A DNA stretch of 64,000 nucleotides from Desulfurivibrionaceae bacterium (GCA_030145325.1 JAQYVW010000004.1:24060-88059); one strand, 5' to 3'. Positions 33,517-44,307 are shown, numbered from the stretch's first letter. Notes: a model not told the origin generated them from the letters alone. A program made the numbers and translations.

Positions 33517-34782
33517 ATGCTTGAGCTTCGTTTCATTCGTGAAAATATAGAATTGGTTAAGGAAAAAACCCGTTTGCGCGGGGTTGAGAACTCCAAACTG
33601 GAAGAGTTTGAAGAGATAGATCTTAGTCGCCGTGAATTGTTGAGCGAAGTAGAAGGGTTGCGGAATAAAAGGAAAACTGCCTCCCAAGAGATCGGCAAGC
33701 GTAAAAAAGCTGGCGAGGATGCTGAAGAATTGATGGCTGAGATGCGGGGGGTTGGTGACCGAATCAAGGAGTTGGAAGAAAAACTCACCGATATTGAAGG
33801 GGCCTTGCAGGATATCGTCATGGGGGTTCCTAATCTGTGCCACGATGATTTGCCGGAGGGGAACAGCGACGCTGATAATGTTGAGTTTAAGAGTTGGGGG
33901 CAGGTGCCGCAGTTTACTTTTACGCCAAAACCACACTGGGAGGTGGGTGAGGATCTAGGGATTCTTGATTTTGAGCGGGCCGCCAAGCTTTCCGGGGCGC
34001 GATTTGCGGTGCTGAAAGGGCTTGCCTCCCGACTTGAGCGAGCGTTGATCAACTTCATGCTCGATCTTCATACCCAGAAGCATGGTTATGAAGAGGTTTT
34101 GCCGCCTTTTTTGGTCAATACCGAAACCATGACTGCCACCGGCCAGTTGCCCAAGTTTGCCGATGATCTGTTCCGAGCCGAGGGTTGGGATCTGTGGTTG
34201 ATCCCCACCGCCGAGGTTCCGATCACCAACCTGCATCGCAAAGAGACCCTGGCTGAGAAGGAATTGCCGATCAAATATTGTGCCTACACCCCCTGTTTTC
34301 GTTCCGAGGCCGGTTCCTATGGCAAGGACACCAGGGGGCTGATCCGGCAGCACCAGTTTGACAAGGTGGAGTTGGTTAAGTTTACCCGCCCTGAGGAGTC
34401 CGACGCCGAATTGGAAGCTCTTCTCGCCGACGCTGAGGAGGTCTTGCAACTTCTGGAGTTGCCTTACCGGGTGGTTACCCTCTGTACTGGTGATGTTGGC
34501 TTTTCGGCCCGCAAAACCTATGATATCGAGGTATGGATGCCAGCCCAGAACACCTATCGGGAAATATCCTCCTGCAGCAACTTTGGCGACTTTCAGGCCC
34601 GGCGCGGCGGTATACGTTATCGCCCCAAGGGCGAGAAGAAGAGCGCTCTGGTGCATACCCTGAACGGCAGCGGCCTTGCCGTTGGTCGCACCCTGGCGGC
34701 GATTTTGGAAAATTGCCAGCAGGAAGACGGCTCAATTAAGATCCCTGAGATCCTTAAACCCTATTTTGAGAAAAGGTTCTAG
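33517..34782 (+). CDS. serS: serine--tRNA ligase
   Basis: 421 aa. N-terminal coiled-coil arm. Class II motifs ([59 protein letters not shown]). Confidence 0.95.
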   Translation: MLELRFIRENIELVKEKTRLRGVENSKLEEFEEIDLSRRELLSEVEGLRNKRKTASQEIGKRKKAGEDAEELMAEMRGVGDRIKELEEKLTDIEGALQDIVMGVPNLCHDDLPEGNSDADNVEFKSWGQVPQFTFTPKPHWEVGEDLGILDFERAAKLSGARFAVLKGLASRLERALINFMLDLHTQKHGYEEVLPPFLVNTETMTATGQLPKFADDLFRAEGWDLWLIPTAEVPITNLHRKETLAEKELPIKYCAYTPCFRSEAGSYGKDTRGLIRQHQFDKVELVKFTRPEESDAELEALLADAEEVLQLLELPYRVVTLCTGDVGFSARKTYDIEVWMPAQNTYREISSCSNFGDFQARRGGIRYRPKGEKKSALVHTLNGSGLAVGRTLAAILENCQQEDGSIKIPEILKPYFEKRF

Positions 34783-35098
34783 TTGGCATTTATTATAGTA
34801 ACTGTTGTGCATCTGTAAGGGCCTATGCATCTCGTCCGGGCGGTATAGGCTCTTGCTGTCTTTCTCTTCCATTCGCAATATTTATTTTTTCTCGTGCTGC
34901 TCTTCATGGTTACGGTTGTTGCTAAGCCAGGCGCTTTTGCTGTTAATTGCGGGTGTGTGTGTGGGGTGTTTTCTGGTTCTCCGGCTAGCAGTTCTTGCAT
35001 TCCCGTTGCCTTCCCTTTACTCTGGATGTAGTCGCCTATCATGTAGAGGTCGTTAAGGTGAGAGTTTCCCATTAGGTAATCGTAAACGCGGGGCATTT

Positions 35099-36370
35099 GT
35101 GAAACGAACATTTGTTGTCAGCGGATTTTTTATTTTGTTTTCTGTCGCCATTTTTTTTCTTTTGCGGCAGCAAGGAAATCCGGCTCCCATCAAGGTTGGT
35201 ATCCTCCATTCACAAACCGGGACCATGGCCACCAGTGAACAGCCGGTTATCGAGGCCACCCTTTTTGCGGTTGAGGAATTAAATCGTCGCGGCGGTGTTC
35301 TCGGTCGGCTGGTGGAGCCGGTGCTTGCCGATGGCGGTTCCGATCCGGCCCAATTTGCCCATGAAGCAGAGCGTCTGATTGAGGTCGAGAAGGTGGCGGT
35401 GATCTTTGGTTGCTGGACCTCAGCCAGCCGCAAAGAGGTTAAAGCGGTGGTGGAAAAGGCTAACCATCTCCTTGTCTATCCCCTGCAATACGAAGGGCTG
35501 GAGGAGTCTCCGGCCATTGTCTATACCGGTGCGGTTCCCAACCAACAGATCAGGCCAGCGGTGAAGTGGGCCATGGATAACTTCGGCAAGCGAATTTATC
35601 TGATCGGTTCCGATTATATCTTTCCCCGGATTGCCAATCATCTGATTGGTGATCTGGCTGAACTCCTTGGTGGGATCGTGGTTGCAGAACGCTATCGACC
35701 TCTGGGGAGCCATGACTTTGCGGTCATCGCCGAGGAGATTGCCACCTTGCGCCCGGCTGTGGTCTTCAATACCCTGAATGGCGACGGCAACCTGGCCTTC
35801 TTTGCTGCCCTCCACAAACAAGGAGTTAACGGGACCGAGATCCCTGTTTTTTCTTTCAGTGTCAGTGAAAGTGATTTCTACGCCATGGCCAAGAAACTGC
35901 CGGCAGGTTCCCTGGTCGGGAACTATGCTTCGTGGAGCTATTTTGAATCCTTGCCGGGGAAAGAGAATCAGTCGTTTCGGCGGCGCTACAGCAAGCGATA
36001 CGGACCGGGTCATTCCCTGAATGATCCCATGGTGTCAGCTTATACCAGCGTGCAGCTTTGGGCGCAGGCGGTTACGGAAGCGGCAAGCTCCGCCCCCCTT
36101 TTTGTTCGGCGCGCCTTTTCCCGGCAGAGCATGAATGGGCCTGGGGGTATCGTTTATATCGATGATAAGAACCATCACGCCTGGAAGCCGGATCGAATCG
36201 CTAAAATGAACGATGCTGGTCGTTTTGAAATCGTTTGGGATTCGCAAAAACCGATCCGGCCCCTACCATACCCCCCTTACCTTCAGAAGAGCCATTGGCA
36301 GGATGTTGAGGATCTTCTCTACCGGCGATGGAATAATCGTTGGGCGGTCGATGGTGAGGCGGCCCCATGA
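35099..36370 (+). CDS. periplasmic type-1 solute-binding protein (AmiC/urea/branched-chain amide-binding family)
   Basis: 423 aa, GTG start, signal-anchor. IKVGILHSQTGTMA...FGCWTSASRK...LIGSDYIFPR pattern. Confidence 0.7.
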   Translation: MKRTFVVSGFFILFSVAIFFLLRQQGNPAPIKVGILHSQTGTMATSEQPVIEATLFAVEELNRRGGVLGRLVEPVLADGGSDPAQFAHEAERLIEVEKVAVIFGCWTSASRKEVKAVVEKANHLLVYPLQYEGLEESPAIVYTGAVPNQQIRPAVKWAMDNFGKRIYLIGSDYIFPRIANHLIGDLAELLGGIVVAERYRPLGSHDFAVIAEEIATLRPAVVFNTLNGDGNLAFFAALHKQGVNGTEIPVFSFSVSESDFYAMAKKLPAGSLVGNYASWSYFESLPGKENQSFRRRYSKRYGPGHSLNDPMVSAYTSVQLWAQAVTEAASSAPLFVRRAFSRQSMNGPGGIVYIDDKNHHAWKPDRIAKMNDAGRFEIVWDSQKPIRPLPYPPYLQKSHWQDVEDLLYRRWNNRWAVDGEAAP

Positions 36371-38832
36371 AGAAGCGTTTTTTCGGCACAATCGGGGTCA
36401 AGGTGGGGGCGTGGTTTCTGCTCATCGCCGTCCTCCCTCTTGCCAGCCTCACGCTCCTTATTCAGAACAATACCCGTGATGCGATCATGGCCGAGATAAC
36501 CGCGCATCTCAACGATTTATTGCATGAGAAGATCGAGCGCATCGAACTCTATGTCGGCGAGCAACGGCAAGGAATCCTTGCCCTCGCTTCATCGCCGACG
36601 GTCATTCGGGCGGCGGAGCAATTGGACTGCGCCCGTGTCGGCCACGAACCACGTGAATCCAGGGCTGTAATACCGATCAATGCCGATGCTGAGCAGTTTT
36701 TGCTGAGAAATCTGCAGCGGGCCGGATACCATGACATCTTTCTCGTCTCACTGGATGGCGATATTGTCTACTCCGTCGCCAAGGAAGATGATCTTGGTAC
36801 TAATCTCTATCATGGACCTTATGCTGACACCGGCTTGGCCAGGGTTTTTGATAAGGTCAACACACTGCTCGATTCCGAGATCTCTTCTTTCTCCTATTAC
36901 CCTCCCTCGCGCAAAGTTGCAGCCTTTGTCGCCACCCCGATCTATGGCGATAAAAAGTTTCTGGGAGTGCTCGTAGCCCAGCTCAACGAGGAGCGATTGT
37001 TCTACATCTTCAGCGACTATCTCGGCCTTGGCGAAAGCGGCGAATTGGTGGCTGGGCGGGTTAAGGGTGACAACATAGTTGCCGCCGCTCCTTTTCGGCA
37101 TATGCCCGATGCTCTGGAGACGGAATTGGTGTTGCGGGGTGAAACTGTTCTGCCGATTCAGCTTGCCGTCGCTGGCGGGAAAGGGGCGGGGGCTACCATG
37201 GATTATCGTGGCCACCATATTCTTGCCGCCTGGGATTATGTCCCGTCCATGGATTGGGGGCTGGTGGTCAAGGTTGACCTTGATGAGGCTCTTGCCCCGG
37301 TGGATCAGCAAGGGCAGATCATTACCGGGGTGGGTCTTGCTACCCTGGCGCTGGTGCTGTGCGGGATCATTTTTGCCACCGGTCGCATCGTCAGGCCGGT
37401 GCGGCTGTTGGCGCTGGTCATGCAGAAATTTGCCAATGGGGACTTCAAGGCGCGAGCGCAAAAGGTGCAAGACGATGAGGTGGGCCATCTGGCTGACCAT
37501 TTTAACGATATGGCCGATACCATTGAGCAGTATACCTTTACCATGGAGGAAGAGGTTGCGCATCGCACCCTGGAGCTGCAACAGGCCATTTCTTCCCTGG
37601 ATAAGGCGCAGGGGATTGCTCATCTCGGCAGCTGGGAATGGAACATCCGTACCGGTAAACTGGCTTGGTCCGATGAAATCTACCGGATCTTCGGCCTTGC
37701 CCCGCAGCAGTTTGCCGCCACCTATGAGGCGTTTTTGGAAGCGATTCACCCCGCTGATCGGGATTTGGTGGCCGGGGCGGTTAATGACTCTCTGAGCAAG
37801 GATGTTCCCTACGCAGTCACGCATCGGGTGCTGCGTCCGGGTGGCGAGGTCCGCATCGTTGAGGAGCGGGGCGATATTCAGCGGGATGAACAAGGGCAAC
37901 CGGTTTACATGTTGGGAACGGTGCAGGATGTCACTGAAATCCGTGTCGTGCAGAAGCGATTGAACGAGTATATCGATATCATTGATGAGAATGTTCTCAC
38001 CTCAGCCACTAATATTGAGGGCAACATTACCTATATCAGCGATGCCTTCTGTAGGACCAGCGGCTATGGTCGTGATGAGCTGCTGGGGCAGAATCACCGA
38101 ATCTTTCGTCATCCCGACATGCCCAAGGAAGTTTATGAACAGTTGTGGAAGACGATTATTGGCGGTTCGGTCTGGAATGGGATTTTTAAAAACAAAACCA
38201 AGGGTGGTGGCAGCTATTGGGTGGAAACCACCATCTCCCCCACTTTTGATGAATCCGGTAAAATCACAGGATTTACCGCCATCCATAACGACATCACCGA
38301 TAAGCGACGCATTGAACAGATATCCATCACCGATGAGTTGACCGGTCTCTTTAACCGCCGTCATTTTAACGAACTGTTCCCTGAGGAATTGAATCGAGCT
38401 CGGCGTGACGGGAAAAATTTTGCCTTCATTATGCTCGATGTGGATAACTTCAAGAAATATAACGACACCTATGGGCATCAGGAAGGGGACGAGGTTCTCC
38501 GCCAGGTTGGGGCAACGCTCAAGGGAATCCTAAAAAGATCTGGAGATTTTGCTTTCAGGCTGGGTGGCGAAGAGTTTGGGGCCTTAATTACTGTTCAAAA
38601 GGAAGAAGATGCCTTTCTGGTTGCTGAAAGCTTACGTGCCGCCATTGCGGGGTTGCGTATTCTTCACGAAAAAAACAGTCCTCGTCAATATGTCACCATT
38701 TCTTGCGGGGTGAAGACCGTCCATACTAATCGTGACCGGGTAGATGAAGTGGACGCCATCTATCGGATGGCTGATGATGCTCTTTACCAAGCCAAGGCCG
38801 AGGGGCGGAACCGGGTTAAGGTTTACATGTAA
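36367..38832 (+). CDS. membrane sensor diguanylate cyclase (Cache-like periplasmic domain, HAMP, 2x PAS, GGDEF)
   Basis: 821 aa. Two TM segments bracket a ~290-aa periplasmic domain. HAMP (FANGDFKARAQ...). PAS (GSWEWNIRTGKLAWSDE; HRIFRHPDMP). GGDEF with an RLGGEEFG active site and an RxxD I-site-like RRDG. The ATGA overlaps the binding-protein gene. Confidence 0.85.
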   Translation: MKKRFFGTIGVKVGAWFLLIAVLPLASLTLLIQNNTRDAIMAEITAHLNDLLHEKIERIELYVGEQRQGILALASSPTVIRAAEQLDCARVGHEPRESRAVIPINADAEQFLLRNLQRAGYHDIFLVSLDGDIVYSVAKEDDLGTNLYHGPYADTGLARVFDKVNTLLDSEISSFSYYPPSRKVAAFVATPIYGDKKFLGVLVAQLNEERLFYIFSDYLGLGESGELVAGRVKGDNIVAAAPFRHMPDALETELVLRGETVLPIQLAVAGGKGAGATMDYRGHHILAAWDYVPSMDWGLVVKVDLDEALAPVDQQGQIITGVGLATLALVLCGIIFATGRIVRPVRLLALVMQKFANGDFKARAQKVQDDEVGHLADHFNDMADTIEQYTFTMEEEVAHRTLELQQAISSLDKAQGIAHLGSWEWNIRTGKLAWSDEIYRIFGLAPQQFAATYEAFLEAIHPADRDLVAGAVNDSLSKDVPYAVTHRVLRPGGEVRIVEERGDIQRDEQGQPVYMLGTVQDVTEIRVVQKRLNEYIDIIDENVLTSATNIEGNITYISDAFCRTSGYGRDELLGQNHRIFRHPDMPKEVYEQLWKTIIGGSVWNGIFKNKTKGGGSYWVETTISPTFDESGKITGFTAIHNDITDKRRIEQISITDELTGLFNRRHFNELFPEELNRARRDGKNFAFIMLDVDNFKKYNDTYGHQEGDEVLRQVGATLKGILKRSGDFAFRLGGEEFGALITVQKEEDAFLVAESLRAAIAGLRILHEKNSPRQYVTISCGVKTVHTNRDRVDEVDAIYRMADDALYQAKAEGRNRVKVYM

Positions 38833-39854
38833 GGTCTTTAGGGGATTTGTTTAGCTGTTCCTAGGCAAAAGTAATGAGAGGTATCACTTGCAACCCTGAC
38901 AAACAATAGTGTATGCTTGTTGCGGGGTGTGATGATGAGTCATGTTTTATGACCTCTTGGGGTATCTTTAATCATGCTTGCAGGTAATCGGCGCTAGGTA
39001 AATTAAAGCCAGCATCTAGCAATCATGTGCCCCGTGGCGCCACTGTTTACCCTTCGCAACGCAATTTCGGGTCGCAATATCGATCCAGACATCTTGTAAT
39101 AAAATACATTGGTTTTTTGTGTGTATCCTTTGTTGGGGAGCGCCTCTTCCGTATTTACGGTGAGCAGAGCGTGCTAATGCCATCGGTTGCAAATGATACC
39201 GATTTCGCTGGGAAAATGGTTGTGTTTGGCATGGTAAGACTTTTTGAGTAGGCACGGGCATTGTCTAGACGTTTAGGGGTGGGATGTCTGTGGTGCAACT
39301 TGAAACATAGAGTATCCATGCTCCTGTTTAGTTCCATCTGTTCAGCGGAAAAGAAGATGATATTTTTTTAGAAGGTGTTCAATGGGGGAGGGGATGTATT
39401 TTTTTCTTTAATAGAAAAAAACATGTTGGGAGAGGATTAATTTATTCTGAAAACTGAGTGGCAGTGCCATGTGTTATGTAAAGTACTGTAAAGCCGGGTA
39501 GTTGTGTGCGGTGAGGGGTGGGGCTGGGCACGGTTGAATTGGGGTGGGGAATATATATTTTGGAAAATAGGAACCTTTTGAATAGGAAGATGTCCTTAAT
39601 CTGTAAGGGCGTTATCTCAAAGTAAAGATTATGGGTTTCATATTATGTTTGGTGGCGGTTAGCTTGTGCTGGGAGGTGGGGGCAATGGCTATACTAGTGG
39701 TTAGTTTAGGTTCTGCCGGTAAAAGCATGAGCGCATGTAAACTTTTTTCTAAATTATACTTGTAATAAATAAACGTCTGAGGTATTAATAATCACTACGA
39801 TGGTTGTAGTTGAATTTATATACTAATATTAACTTCAGATATGGAGGTTTTGAA

Positions 39855-40256
39855 ATGGACACCCCGGTTAACTTGCGAATGACGAAGCAGCGGCAGGTCA
39901 TCCTTGATGAGTTGCGCAAGATGCACACCCATCCCACAGCAGATGAGATGTATCGGTTGTTGCGGAAGCGTTTGCCAAAAATCAGCTTAGGCACTGTTTA
40001 CAGGAATCTTGAGGTGCTCTCCGACTGTGGTTTGATTCAGAAGATTGAAGTGGCAGGTACTCAGAAACGTTTTGATGGTAATGCCTCCCATCATCATCAT
40101 GTCCGTTGCACCCATTGCGCGCGTCTTGAGGATGTATATGTAGATGTTGATGCAGGAATGGATCAAAAAGTTAGTCGCTTGACTGAGTTTGATGTTTCCA
40201 TGCATCGTATGGAGTTTGTTGGCGTTTGTCCTACCTGTAAGGTTGCAAATGCCTGA
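39855..40256 (+). CDS. perR: Fur-family peroxide-responsive regulator (PerR-like)
   Basis: ORF trimmed to the ATG at 39855 with a GGAGG Shine-Dalgarno. RMTKQRQVILDEL...SLGTVYRNLEVL winged helix. HHHHVRCTHC...CPTC metal sites. Heads an oxidative-stress cluster. Confidence 0.8.
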   Translation: MDTPVNLRMTKQRQVILDELRKMHTHPTADEMYRLLRKRLPKISLGTVYRNLEVLSDCGLIQKIEVAGTQKRFDGNASHHHHVRCTHCARLEDVYVDVDAGMDQKVSRLTEFDVSMHRMEFVGVCPTCKVANA

Positions 40257-40287
40257 TATTGGCTCTGTTTGAGCTGGTTGGATGATG

Positions 40288-40329
40288 ACGGGCGTTTCGT
40301 GTCGGTAACGGCGATTCGCCCGTTTTTTT
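40288..40329 (+). terminator. rho-independent terminator after perR
   Basis: ACGGGCG (40288-40294) pairs with CGCCCGT (40317-40323), followed by T7. Confidence 0.7.
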
Positions 40330-40446
40330 ACGTGCGGTGCTTTTTTTTATGGTTGCGCTCCGACCCCTTAACCATGCTATGCTAGCAACAAGATTGAGTC
40401 GTGCTTTTGGCGACAATTAACTTTGAATTTTGAAGGAGGAAGGCCA

Positions 40447-41022
40447 ATGGGCTCCTTGTCGGGAACCGAAACTGAGAAAAATATATTGAAAGCATTTGCG
40501 GGTGAGTCGCAGGCCCGTAATCGTTACAGCTATTTCGCTTCCAAGGCTAAGAATGAAGGATTCGTGCAGATTGCCGCAGTCTTTGAGGAGACCGCCAATC
40601 AGGAAAAAGAGCACGCCAAACGTCTTTTTAAGCTGCTGGAGGGGGGCGAGTTGGAGATTACAGCGGCCTTTCCGGCTGGGGTGGTAGGCTCAACCCTTGA
40701 TAATCTTAAGGAGTCAGCAGCCGGGGAAAATCACGAGCACGCAAATATGTATCCTGATTTTGCTAAGGTGGCTCGATCTGAAGGATTTGAGAATATCGCC
40801 GATATCTTTATGTCCATCGCCGTGGCGGAAATGCGCCATGAAAAGCGTTATCTGGCCCTGGCTTTAAATATTGAAAAAGGTCTGGTTTTTAAGCGAGAAG
40901 CCAAGGTCACTTGGTGTTGTCGTAACTGTGGCTATACCCACGAGGGTGAGGGAGCCCCTGACGTCTGTCCTGCCTGTGCTCACAAGCAGGCCCATTTCGA
41001 GTTGTTGAGCGAAAATTACTAA
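40447..41022 (+). CDS. rbr: rubrerythrin
   Basis: Start at ATG 40447 after an AAGGAGGA Shine-Dalgarno. Diiron ExxH motifs (GESQARNRY..., EKEHAKR, GENHEH, AEMRHEKR). C-terminal rubredoxin-like CRNCG...CPAC. Confidence 0.9.
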   Translation: MGSLSGTETEKNILKAFAGESQARNRYSYFASKAKNEGFVQIAAVFEETANQEKEHAKRLFKLLEGGELEITAAFPAGVVGSTLDNLKESAAGENHEHANMYPDFAKVARSEGFENIADIFMSIAVAEMRHEKRYLALALNIEKGLVFKREAKVTWCCRNCGYTHEGEGAPDVCPACAHKQAHFELLSENY

Positions 41023-41182
41023 ACCGTTTAGTGTTCGGCGTGACCATTTTGCTTATGACGCCGCAGGTCGCCAGTCCTTTGCTGCTTTCTGGCAAGCAGA
41101 GGTTTGGGCGGATACTCGGGCATCTGGATGATTTTTTGGGTGGGTGCTTATTCATTTATAATCAAGTTTGTAGGAGGCGGAG

Positions 41183-41557
41183 ATGACAGAAAGATCTCAA
41201 GTTTATAAGTGTTCCATGTGCGGTAATATGGTGGAAGTTCTACATGCCGGGGGCGGTGAACTGGTTTGTTGCGGTCAGCCCATGGTGCTGTTCTCCGCGA
41301 ATACCGTTGATGCGGCCCAAGAGAAACATGTGCCGGTGGTTGAGAAAACCGCTGACGGGTTCAAGGTCTCGGTGGGTTCGGTAGCGCATCCCATGGATGA
41401 AAAACATTATATCGAGTGGATAGAGCTGGTGGTTGGCGATAAACTTTATCGGCAGTACCTAAACCCCGGCGATGTACCCGAGGCGGTCTTTTGTGTAGCA
41501 GCAGACAAGGCAGCGGCACGTGCTTATTGCAACCTTCATGGTTTGTGGGAGGCATAA
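41183..41557 (+). CDS. dfx: desulfoferrodoxin (2Fe superoxide reductase)
   Basis: 124 aa. N-terminal desulforedoxin CxxC...CC ([12 protein letters not shown]...VCCGQPM). KHVPV and C-terminal CNLHGLW centre II motifs. Confidence 0.9.
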   Translation: MTERSQVYKCSMCGNMVEVLHAGGGELVCCGQPMVLFSANTVDAAQEKHVPVVEKTADGFKVSVGSVAHPMDEKHYIEWIELVVGDKLYRQYLNPGDVPEAVFCVAADKAAARAYCNLHGLWEA

Positions 41558-41560
41558 GGG

Positions 41561-42067
41561 ATGCTGAGTTCCGGGATGGAAAAGGCGATTAATGCCCAGA
41601 TCAATGCTGAGTTCTATTCCTCTTACCTGTATCTAAGTATGTCCGCTCATTTTGAATCCATGAGTTTGGCCGGGATGGCAAGCTGGATGAAGATGCAGGC
41701 TCAGGAGGAGATGTTCCACGGGATGAAGATGTATGACTTTGTTCATGAGCGTGGCAGCAAGGTGACCCTGGCTACCATCTCTAAACCGCCTGGCAAGTGG
41801 AAAAATCCCTTGGCGGTATTCACTGAGGTGCTCAAGCATGAGCAGAAGGTCACCGCCTTGATTAATGAGTTGGTGAACCATGCCCTTGATGAGCGAGATC
41901 ATGCCACCAACATTTTTCTGCAATGGTTTGTCACCGAACAGGTGGAAGAAGAAGCTTCTGTTTCCGCCATTGTGGATAAGTTGAAGATGATCGGCAACGA
42001 CGCCAACGGCCTTTTTGTGCTTGATCAGGAGTTGGGGCAGCGTGTGTTTACGATGCCCTTGGCTTAG
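41561..42067 (+). CDS. ftn: non-haem ferritin
   Basis: 168 aa. LNAQINAEFYSSYLYLSMS..., QEEMFHGMK, and ALINEL...DHAT ferroxidase-centre pattern. Confidence 0.85.
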   Translation: MLSSGMEKAINAQINAEFYSSYLYLSMSAHFESMSLAGMASWMKMQAQEEMFHGMKMYDFVHERGSKVTLATISKPPGKWKNPLAVFTEVLKHEQKVTALINELVNHALDERDHATNIFLQWFVTEQVEEEASVSAIVDKLKMIGNDANGLFVLDQELGQRVFTMPLA

Positions 42068-42154
42068 AGTTTAAGTGTAGCATGTTCACGGGATGTTCTC
42101 ACGCCGTGTCGATCACTCGGTCGGCGCGGCGTTTTTATGCAGGGAGAGAAGGCA

Positions 42155-43369
42155 ATGACGGCAGTAGAGATAAAAAAAGATATTCACTGGGTGGGCGCGG
42201 TTGACTGGAACGTCCGGGATTTTCATGGCTATTCCACCGAGCGGGGCACCACCTACAACGCTTATCTGATCAAGGATGAGAAGGTTGCTCTGGTGGATAC
42301 CGTGAAGCACGATTTCAAGAGCGACCTGTTGCACAATATTCATCAGGTGATGGAGCCGAGCAAGATTGATTACATCATCGTTAACCATGTGGAGCTTGAT
42401 CATTCAGGATCGTTGCCGGAGATGATTGAACTGATCCAGCCAGAAAAGATTTTCTGTACTGCCAACGGCAAGCGGGCGATGATCAGCCATTTTCATCGCG
42501 AGGACTGGCCGTTTGAGGTGGTGAAAACAGGCGATGAGATCAGCCTCGGCAACCGTACTGTCCGCTTCATCGAAACCAAGATGCTGCACTGGCCGGACAG
42601 TATGTTTTCCTATCTGTTAGAGGATAAGATTCTTTTCTCCAGCGATGCTTTTGGTCAGCACCTAGCTTCGTCGCAGCGCTTTGACGATCAACTGCCCATG
42701 GATGAATTGATAACCAATGCTGGCAAGTATTTTGCCAATATCTTGTTGGTTTTTTCGCCACTGGTGCAAAAACTGCTCGCCCAGGTGGGGGAGATGGATC
42801 TGGGTATCGAGATGATTGCCCCGGATCATGGGCCCATCTGGCGCGGCCAGCCGGGAAAAATTATTGAGGCTTATGATCGGTGGAGTGGGCAAGAGACCAA
42901 GAACAAGGCCTTGGTGGTTTATGACACCATGTGGAAGAGCACCGAAAAGATGGCGAAAAGTGTTTGCACTGGTCTTGAGCGAGAGGGGGTTGAGGTGCGG
43001 CTGATGAGCGCCCGACTCTGTCATCGCAGTGATATCATGGCCGAGATGCTTGATGCCAAGGCGATTATTGTCGGTTCCGCCACCCTCAATAACAATATTA
43101 TGCCGCGACTTGCCGATATTCTTACCTATGTGAAGGGGTTGCGCCCCAAGGGGAGAATCGGCGCCTCTTTCGGTTCCTACGGGTGGAGTGGTGAGGCGGT
43201 AAAGCAGTTGAACGGGTTTCTTGACGAGATGGGTATCGAGGTTGTTGGTGACGGGGTGCGGATCAAGAATGTCCCTGAGCATGAAGGGTATCAGAAATGC
43301 GTGGAACTCGGGGCGGCGGTGGGCCGGGCCGTGAGAGGAAGTGAACAGCTAACGGCGGAGGAAGCATAA
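42155..43369 (+). CDS. fprA: flavodiiron protein (FprA / rubredoxin:oxygen oxidoreductase type)
   Basis: Metallo-beta-lactamase-like diiron domain (VNHVELDHSGS) plus a C-terminal flavodoxin domain (ALVVYDTMWKSTEKMA). Start set at ATG 42155, 7 nt after a GGGAGAG Shine-Dalgarno; the ORF track begins at 42137. Confidence 0.85.
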   Translation: MTAVEIKKDIHWVGAVDWNVRDFHGYSTERGTTYNAYLIKDEKVALVDTVKHDFKSDLLHNIHQVMEPSKIDYIIVNHVELDHSGSLPEMIELIQPEKIFCTANGKRAMISHFHREDWPFEVVKTGDEISLGNRTVRFIETKMLHWPDSMFSYLLEDKILFSSDAFGQHLASSQRFDDQLPMDELITNAGKYFANILLVFSPLVQKLLAQVGEMDLGIEMIAPDHGPIWRGQPGKIIEAYDRWSGQETKNKALVVYDTMWKSTEKMAKSVCTGLEREGVEVRLMSARLCHRSDIMAEMLDAKAIIVGSATLNNNIMPRLADILTYVKGLRPKGRIGASFGSYGWSGEAVKQLNGFLDEMGIEVVGDGVRIKNVPEHEGYQKCVELGAAVGRAVRGSEQLTAEEA

Positions 43370-43551
43370 TGAAGATAGAGATAGTGGGTAGCCTGGTGGA
43401 GTTTACCCCTGAATCTGAGACCGAGGCCAAGGAGCTTGCCGCAGTGTGGGCAACGGTGGTTGATTGTGTGGGGTTCAATAAGAAACTGGTGCCGGTGGGA
43501 GAGTATCAGCCACCCAAGACTGAAGTGGCCAGGTTTGCCATTGAAAAGTAG
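43369..43551 (+). CDS. small hypothetical protein, translationally coupled to fprA
   Basis: 60 aa. Its ATG (43369-43371) shares one nucleotide with the fprA TAA (43367-43369). No family recognised. Confidence 0.4.
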   Translation: MKIEIVGSLVEFTPESETEAKELAAVWATVVDCVGFNKKLVPVGEYQPPKTEVARFAIEK

Positions 43552-43617
43552 GTTTATTGAATGGCGCGACGATCAGGTTAATGGTTTCGCGCCTTTTTTA
43601 GCCCTTGTCCATGGAGA

Positions 43618-44307
43618 ATGAAAGGCATGAGTCAACGTGGTTTAAAGCTGAAAATTACGGATCTTTTGCAAACCTCATCCTTAGCTGAAGTTCATGCCGA
43701 GCTGCGTCAGTACGATGAGCAGCAATTGTTAAATGCCCTTTTTTCCGGGATCTGTCGTAGTGATGAGCAGGTGAAATGGCATGCGGTGGCAGCCATGGGG
43801 CCGGTGGTGGCCCGTCTTGCCGATCGGGAGATGGAAGCGGCGCGGGTGGTGATGCGGCGCTTTATGTGGAGCCTTAATGATGAGTCCGGTGGCATTGGCT
43901 GGGGAGCCCCAGAGGCTATGGCTGAGGTTTTGGTTTCTCACTCTGGCCTTGCCGAAGAGTATGGCCATGTGTTGGTTTCTTTTATGCGTGAGGATGGTTT
44001 TTTTATAGAATACGAGCCGCTCCAGGCGGGCTTGATGTGGGGCTTGGGGCGATTGGCCGAGGCGCGCCCGGAACTGCTCCTTGCCAATGGCGCAGTTGGT
44101 TATCTGCTGCCGTATCTTGACTCGGAAAGTGGTACGGTGCGAGGTCTTGCTGCCCGCGCCCTTGGGCTGCTGAAGGCGGATGAGGCGGTGGTGCCGTTGG
44201 CAAAACTCGCTGCTGATCAGTTTCTGGTTCGATACTGGCAAGATGAAGCGATGGTGGGGAAGCAGATTGGTGAATTGGTTGGCCAGGCCCTTGCCGTAAT
44301 TTCTTAA
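43618..44307 (+). CDS. HEAT/armadillo-repeat-like hypothetical protein
   Basis: 229 aa, all-helical with repeated LL..L..D....VR..AA.ALG units (e.g. VRGLAARALGLL). Confidence 0.55.
   Translation: MKGMSQRGLKLKITDLLQTSSLAEVHAELRQYDEQQLLNALFSGICRSDEQVKWHAVAAMGPVVARLADREMEAARVVMRRFMWSLNDESGGIGWGAPEAMAEVLVSHSGLAEEYGHVLVSFMREDGFFIEYEPLQAGLMWGLGRLAEARPELLLANGAVGYLLPYLDSESGTVRGLAARALGLLKADEAVVPLAKLAADQFLVRYWQDEAMVGKQIGELVGQALAVIS

Noticed and set aside
34779-35111. 110-aa minus-strand ORF in the serS / binding-protein intergenic region.
   Set aside because: No recognisable domain and odd composition. It overlaps the start of the binding-protein gene and there is no Shine-Dalgarno. It may still be a real small gene, but this is unsupported.
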